This document shows positions 55,495-57,657 of a stretch of 57,657 bases of DNA, one piece after another. Both the position numbers and the translations under genes were made by a program. The notes under the pieces are model-generated. The model had not been told where the DNA came from and made no database searches. It saw only the letters and a list, made by a program, of their open reading frames with translations. Position 1 is the stretch's first letter, and every line of letters begins with the position of its first letter. The DNA comes from a virus (taxonomy: Duplodnaviria > Caudoviricetes), in IMG/VR virus record IMGVR_UViG_3300003332_000022, positions 1-57,657 of that record, one strand, 5' to 3'.

Positions 55495-55548
55495 CGTTTA
55501 AAGCCTGTATATAGAATGTAAATTATTCCCCTTCTCTTAGTATAGGGG
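55495..55548. repeat. Dispersed intergenic element, copy 6 (degenerate)
   Basis: CGTTTAAAG...TTCCCCTTC-TCTTAG-TATAGGGG. Confidence 0.55.
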
Positions 55549-55591
55549 CACTAATGTTTTCGCTATATAAGGCTGTATAGAGATCTGGTTT

Positions 55592-55783
55592 TTATGCATC
55601 CTTAGTTTCAGATATTAGATTCCTAGTATCTAATTGGATAACATTATCTATTCCCTTTTTTGGTTTTGATAATATTTTATGGCAATTAACACATACAATT
55701 TGCTCCCATAATACCTTATTATCAATCCAGCTTTTTGTTTTAACAAATCTATGGTTACATTCTTTATCAATTTTTGATTTCAT
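55592..55783 (-). CDS. Small zinc-binding protein
   Basis: CNH...CVNC; ATG 55783 after GAGG. Confidence 0.55.
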   Translation of the reverse strand: MKSKIDKECNHRFVKTKSWIDNKVLWEQIVCVNCHKILSKPKKGIDNVIQLDTRNLISETKDA

Positions 55784-55836
55784 TATTTTCCTCAATTCTA
55801 ACTACCTTCCATTTAGCCATTGGTTTAGATTCTTCT

Positions 55837-57657
55837 CTAACCAACATAAAACCTCTTAGTATGAAGTCTTTCATACCAAGAATATAACGTCCCAAAGTAT
55901 GTAGCTTTCTCATTGAATGCTTCTAATATTGCGTGTTTAAATTCTGATCCATTAACATCCACAGAGACATTAGTTCCACTTACCTGAACTCCATCTACCA
56001 ACTGCATTAAATCTCTTGTTAAGAAAGGTTTAGATCCAAACGTCTTATTAAGTAATTCTAACAATTCACCTTTGGCAGTAGTCTCATCATCTAAGAAATC
56101 ATTTCTATCAAATACATCTAACAGGTCTTCTCCACATATTTCCATTAATGGTATTCTAACAAATTTATTCCATTCTTTAAAGCGGGCAGCGGTTTCATAC
56201 TTGGAAAAATCTAAATTTTTCCCAACCATTACCAAGGATAAGACTGCGCTAATAATTTTCTTGCGGTTATCCATCGCCCATTGACCAATATCTTGTCTTC
56301 CAAACTTTCTAAATTCTGGCCTTTCAACATTAGGTACTATTCTGATTGGTAGTATTCTTGTAGCAAAGTCTCCTTTGAAGACAATATTGTTACCAGTAAA
56401 TAGCCATAGAACACTACTAGGTACTTCTTCAGTTTCATTAACGCCAAGTTTCCTCCTTGAGTAAGTGCCACTAGTCATAGCCTTTGCTAATTCATTACTA
56501 GCAACAGCGGCATCCTTTTTAATATTATCAAACAATACACAGCTATGTCCTTCTCTAAGGATAGCCAGGAGGTGTTTCCCTAATTCCTCATCGCTATCAC
56601 TCCAACCAGTAGCAGCAACAGGCCTATTATATATAGAGTAACTCATTAACTGAGCCAATGTAGTCTTACCAGAAGAAGGTTTTGGACTAACAATAGCATA
56701 ACCAGGCATCCCATTATCCCCAGTAACATAAGGTCTTTGAATAGCGGTCATAAACATTCCTACTGCTCCAGCTAAATCTAGTTTTGTCTGGAAAGGAAAT
56801 TCAGCCAATACCTCTTCTGTTAAGTATCTATATGCTTTCTCTGGATCAATTATTTTAACTTTCAATTTTCTATGTAGTTCGGCATATAAACCAGTATTAG
56901 GATCATATCCACTTTTCTCGACTAGCCTCCACTTATCATCTATAAAAGGATGTTCAACTATTCCAGCTAATGGCTTCCAATTTACTCCATACATCTTAGG
57001 TACAGAGTTGAGGATAGAGTCTGGACAAACTATCTCTTTACCAGTTTCATTTAGGAATATACAATCTTTTTCTACTCTACTTCTAATGATTCCTACAGGA
57101 TTATCTATTGTTTGAACAATAGGCATTGGAGGATAATCATCTTTTAGATTTATCTTTTTGGTTATCTGGCGAATGGTTTTGGGAATAGAATGAGATATTA
57201 TACAAATTGTATTCCCTAATTTATATACTTCTGGTTTTTTCTTGGAAGCTGCTAATATCTTAGCAACAGAATTAGTAACAGAACCATAAGTAGAGTTTGT
57301 TAATTCTAACTCAAATATATCTTGATTCTTTCTCTCTTCTGTTTTTAGCTTTCTAGCAATTTCTGCCATTTCTGCCTTTTTCTCTTCTTTGGCAGTCCGT
57401 ATATCTTCACTTATCGCTCTTGGGCCAAATTTCAATAACTCATCTAATTCTCTAACCAATCCTTTTAGTTCAGTTCCTTCAAATGGGATTAACTTTTTAG
57501 CAAATTCTTTTTTTAACATCTCTTTATCTGAAGTTAATATCCATTTTAGAACGTCATTATAATCAGGTATATCAACTATAGACATTGCCGAGTCTACTGC
57601 TCTTGAAATATCATCGTATCTCATTTGCCAATCTGCTAATCTCTCTTCATCATTTTT
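55837..57657 (-). CDS. Primase-helicase, C-terminal SF3-like ATPase part; enters from the window end
   Basis: Frame is open from base 57657 (KNDEERLADWQMRYDD...); SSGKTT Walker A, VLFDN Walker B, FTGNN motif C; the true C-terminus probably continues in another frame to 55767. Confidence 0.8.
   Translation of the reverse strand, partial: KNDEERLADWQMRYDDISRAVDSAMSIVDIPDYNDVLKWILTSDKEMLKKEFAKKLIPFEGTELKGLVRELDELLKFGPRAISEDIRTAKEEKKAEMAEIARKLKTEERKNQDIFELELTNSTYGSVTNSVAKILAASKKKPEVYKLGNTICIISHSIPKTIRQITKKINLKDDYPPMPIVQTIDNPVGIIRSRVEKDCIFLNETGKEIVCPDSILNSVPKMYGVNWKPLAGIVEHPFIDDKWRLVEKSGYDPNTGLYAELHRKLKVKIIDPEKAYRYLTEEVLAEFPFQTKLDLAGAVGMFMTAIQRPYVTGDNGMPGYAIVSPKPSSGKTTLAQLMSYSIYNRPVAATGWSDSDEELGKHLLAILREGHSCVLFDNIKKDAAVASNELAKAMTSGTYSRRKLGVNETEEVPSSVLWLFTGNNIVFKGDFATRILPIRIVPNVERPEFRKFGRQDIGQWAMDNRKKIISAVLSLVMVGKNLDFSKYETAARFKEWNKFVRIPLMEICGEDLLDVFDRNDFLDDETTAKGELLELLNKTFGSKPFLTRDLMQLVDGVQVSGTNVSVDVNGSEFKHAILEAFNEKATYFGTLYSWYERLHTKRFYVG

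Noticed and set aside
1-57657. Alternative genetic code, tRNA genes, integrase or repressor
   Set aside because: Long genes read intact in the standard code with all three stops used; no cloverleaf, recombinase or CI-like gene was recognised by eye.

Overview
The window looks like an essentially complete, circularly permuted ~57.6 kb AT-rich lytic myophage genome. The primase-helicase gene is cut by the window ends: the N-terminal part is at 973..1 and the C-terminal part at 57657..~55800. The plus strand (8.5-38 kb) carries terS, then a ~3.2 kb repeat-rich island with counter-oriented small genes, a lysis cassette, terL with a class-3-type (Ala1, WCT) LAGLIDADG intein, an HK97-type head, and a Mu-like contractile tail and baseplate with a -1 frameshifting tail chaperone. 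The minus strand carries a DnaE/epsilon replisome, ligase, resolvase, SF2 helicase, Cas4-like nuclease, Sak4/SSB, a nucleotide-metabolism block (non-canonical ThyX, FAD oxidoreductase, HAD fusion, split methyltransferase), many small early genes, and a six-gene glycosyltransferase/sulfotransferase/APS-kinase cassette. I recognised no integrase, repressor, tRNA, CRISPR array or reverse transcriptase. The most unusual signals are: (1) the same 9-residue FPxxhPhxF motif in four different virion proteins (adaptor, tail terminator, sheath, and twice in the baseplate wedge), suggesting a portable fibre/decoration docking tag; (2) a glycosylation-sulfation pathway with its own APS kinase; (3) a DGR-type variable-region gene with no template repeat or RT in the genome; (4) a ThyX lacking the signature His and Ser; (5) several phased repeat arrays and a dispersed intergenic palindromic element. 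All protein family calls come from motifs and synteny read by eye, not from database searches.
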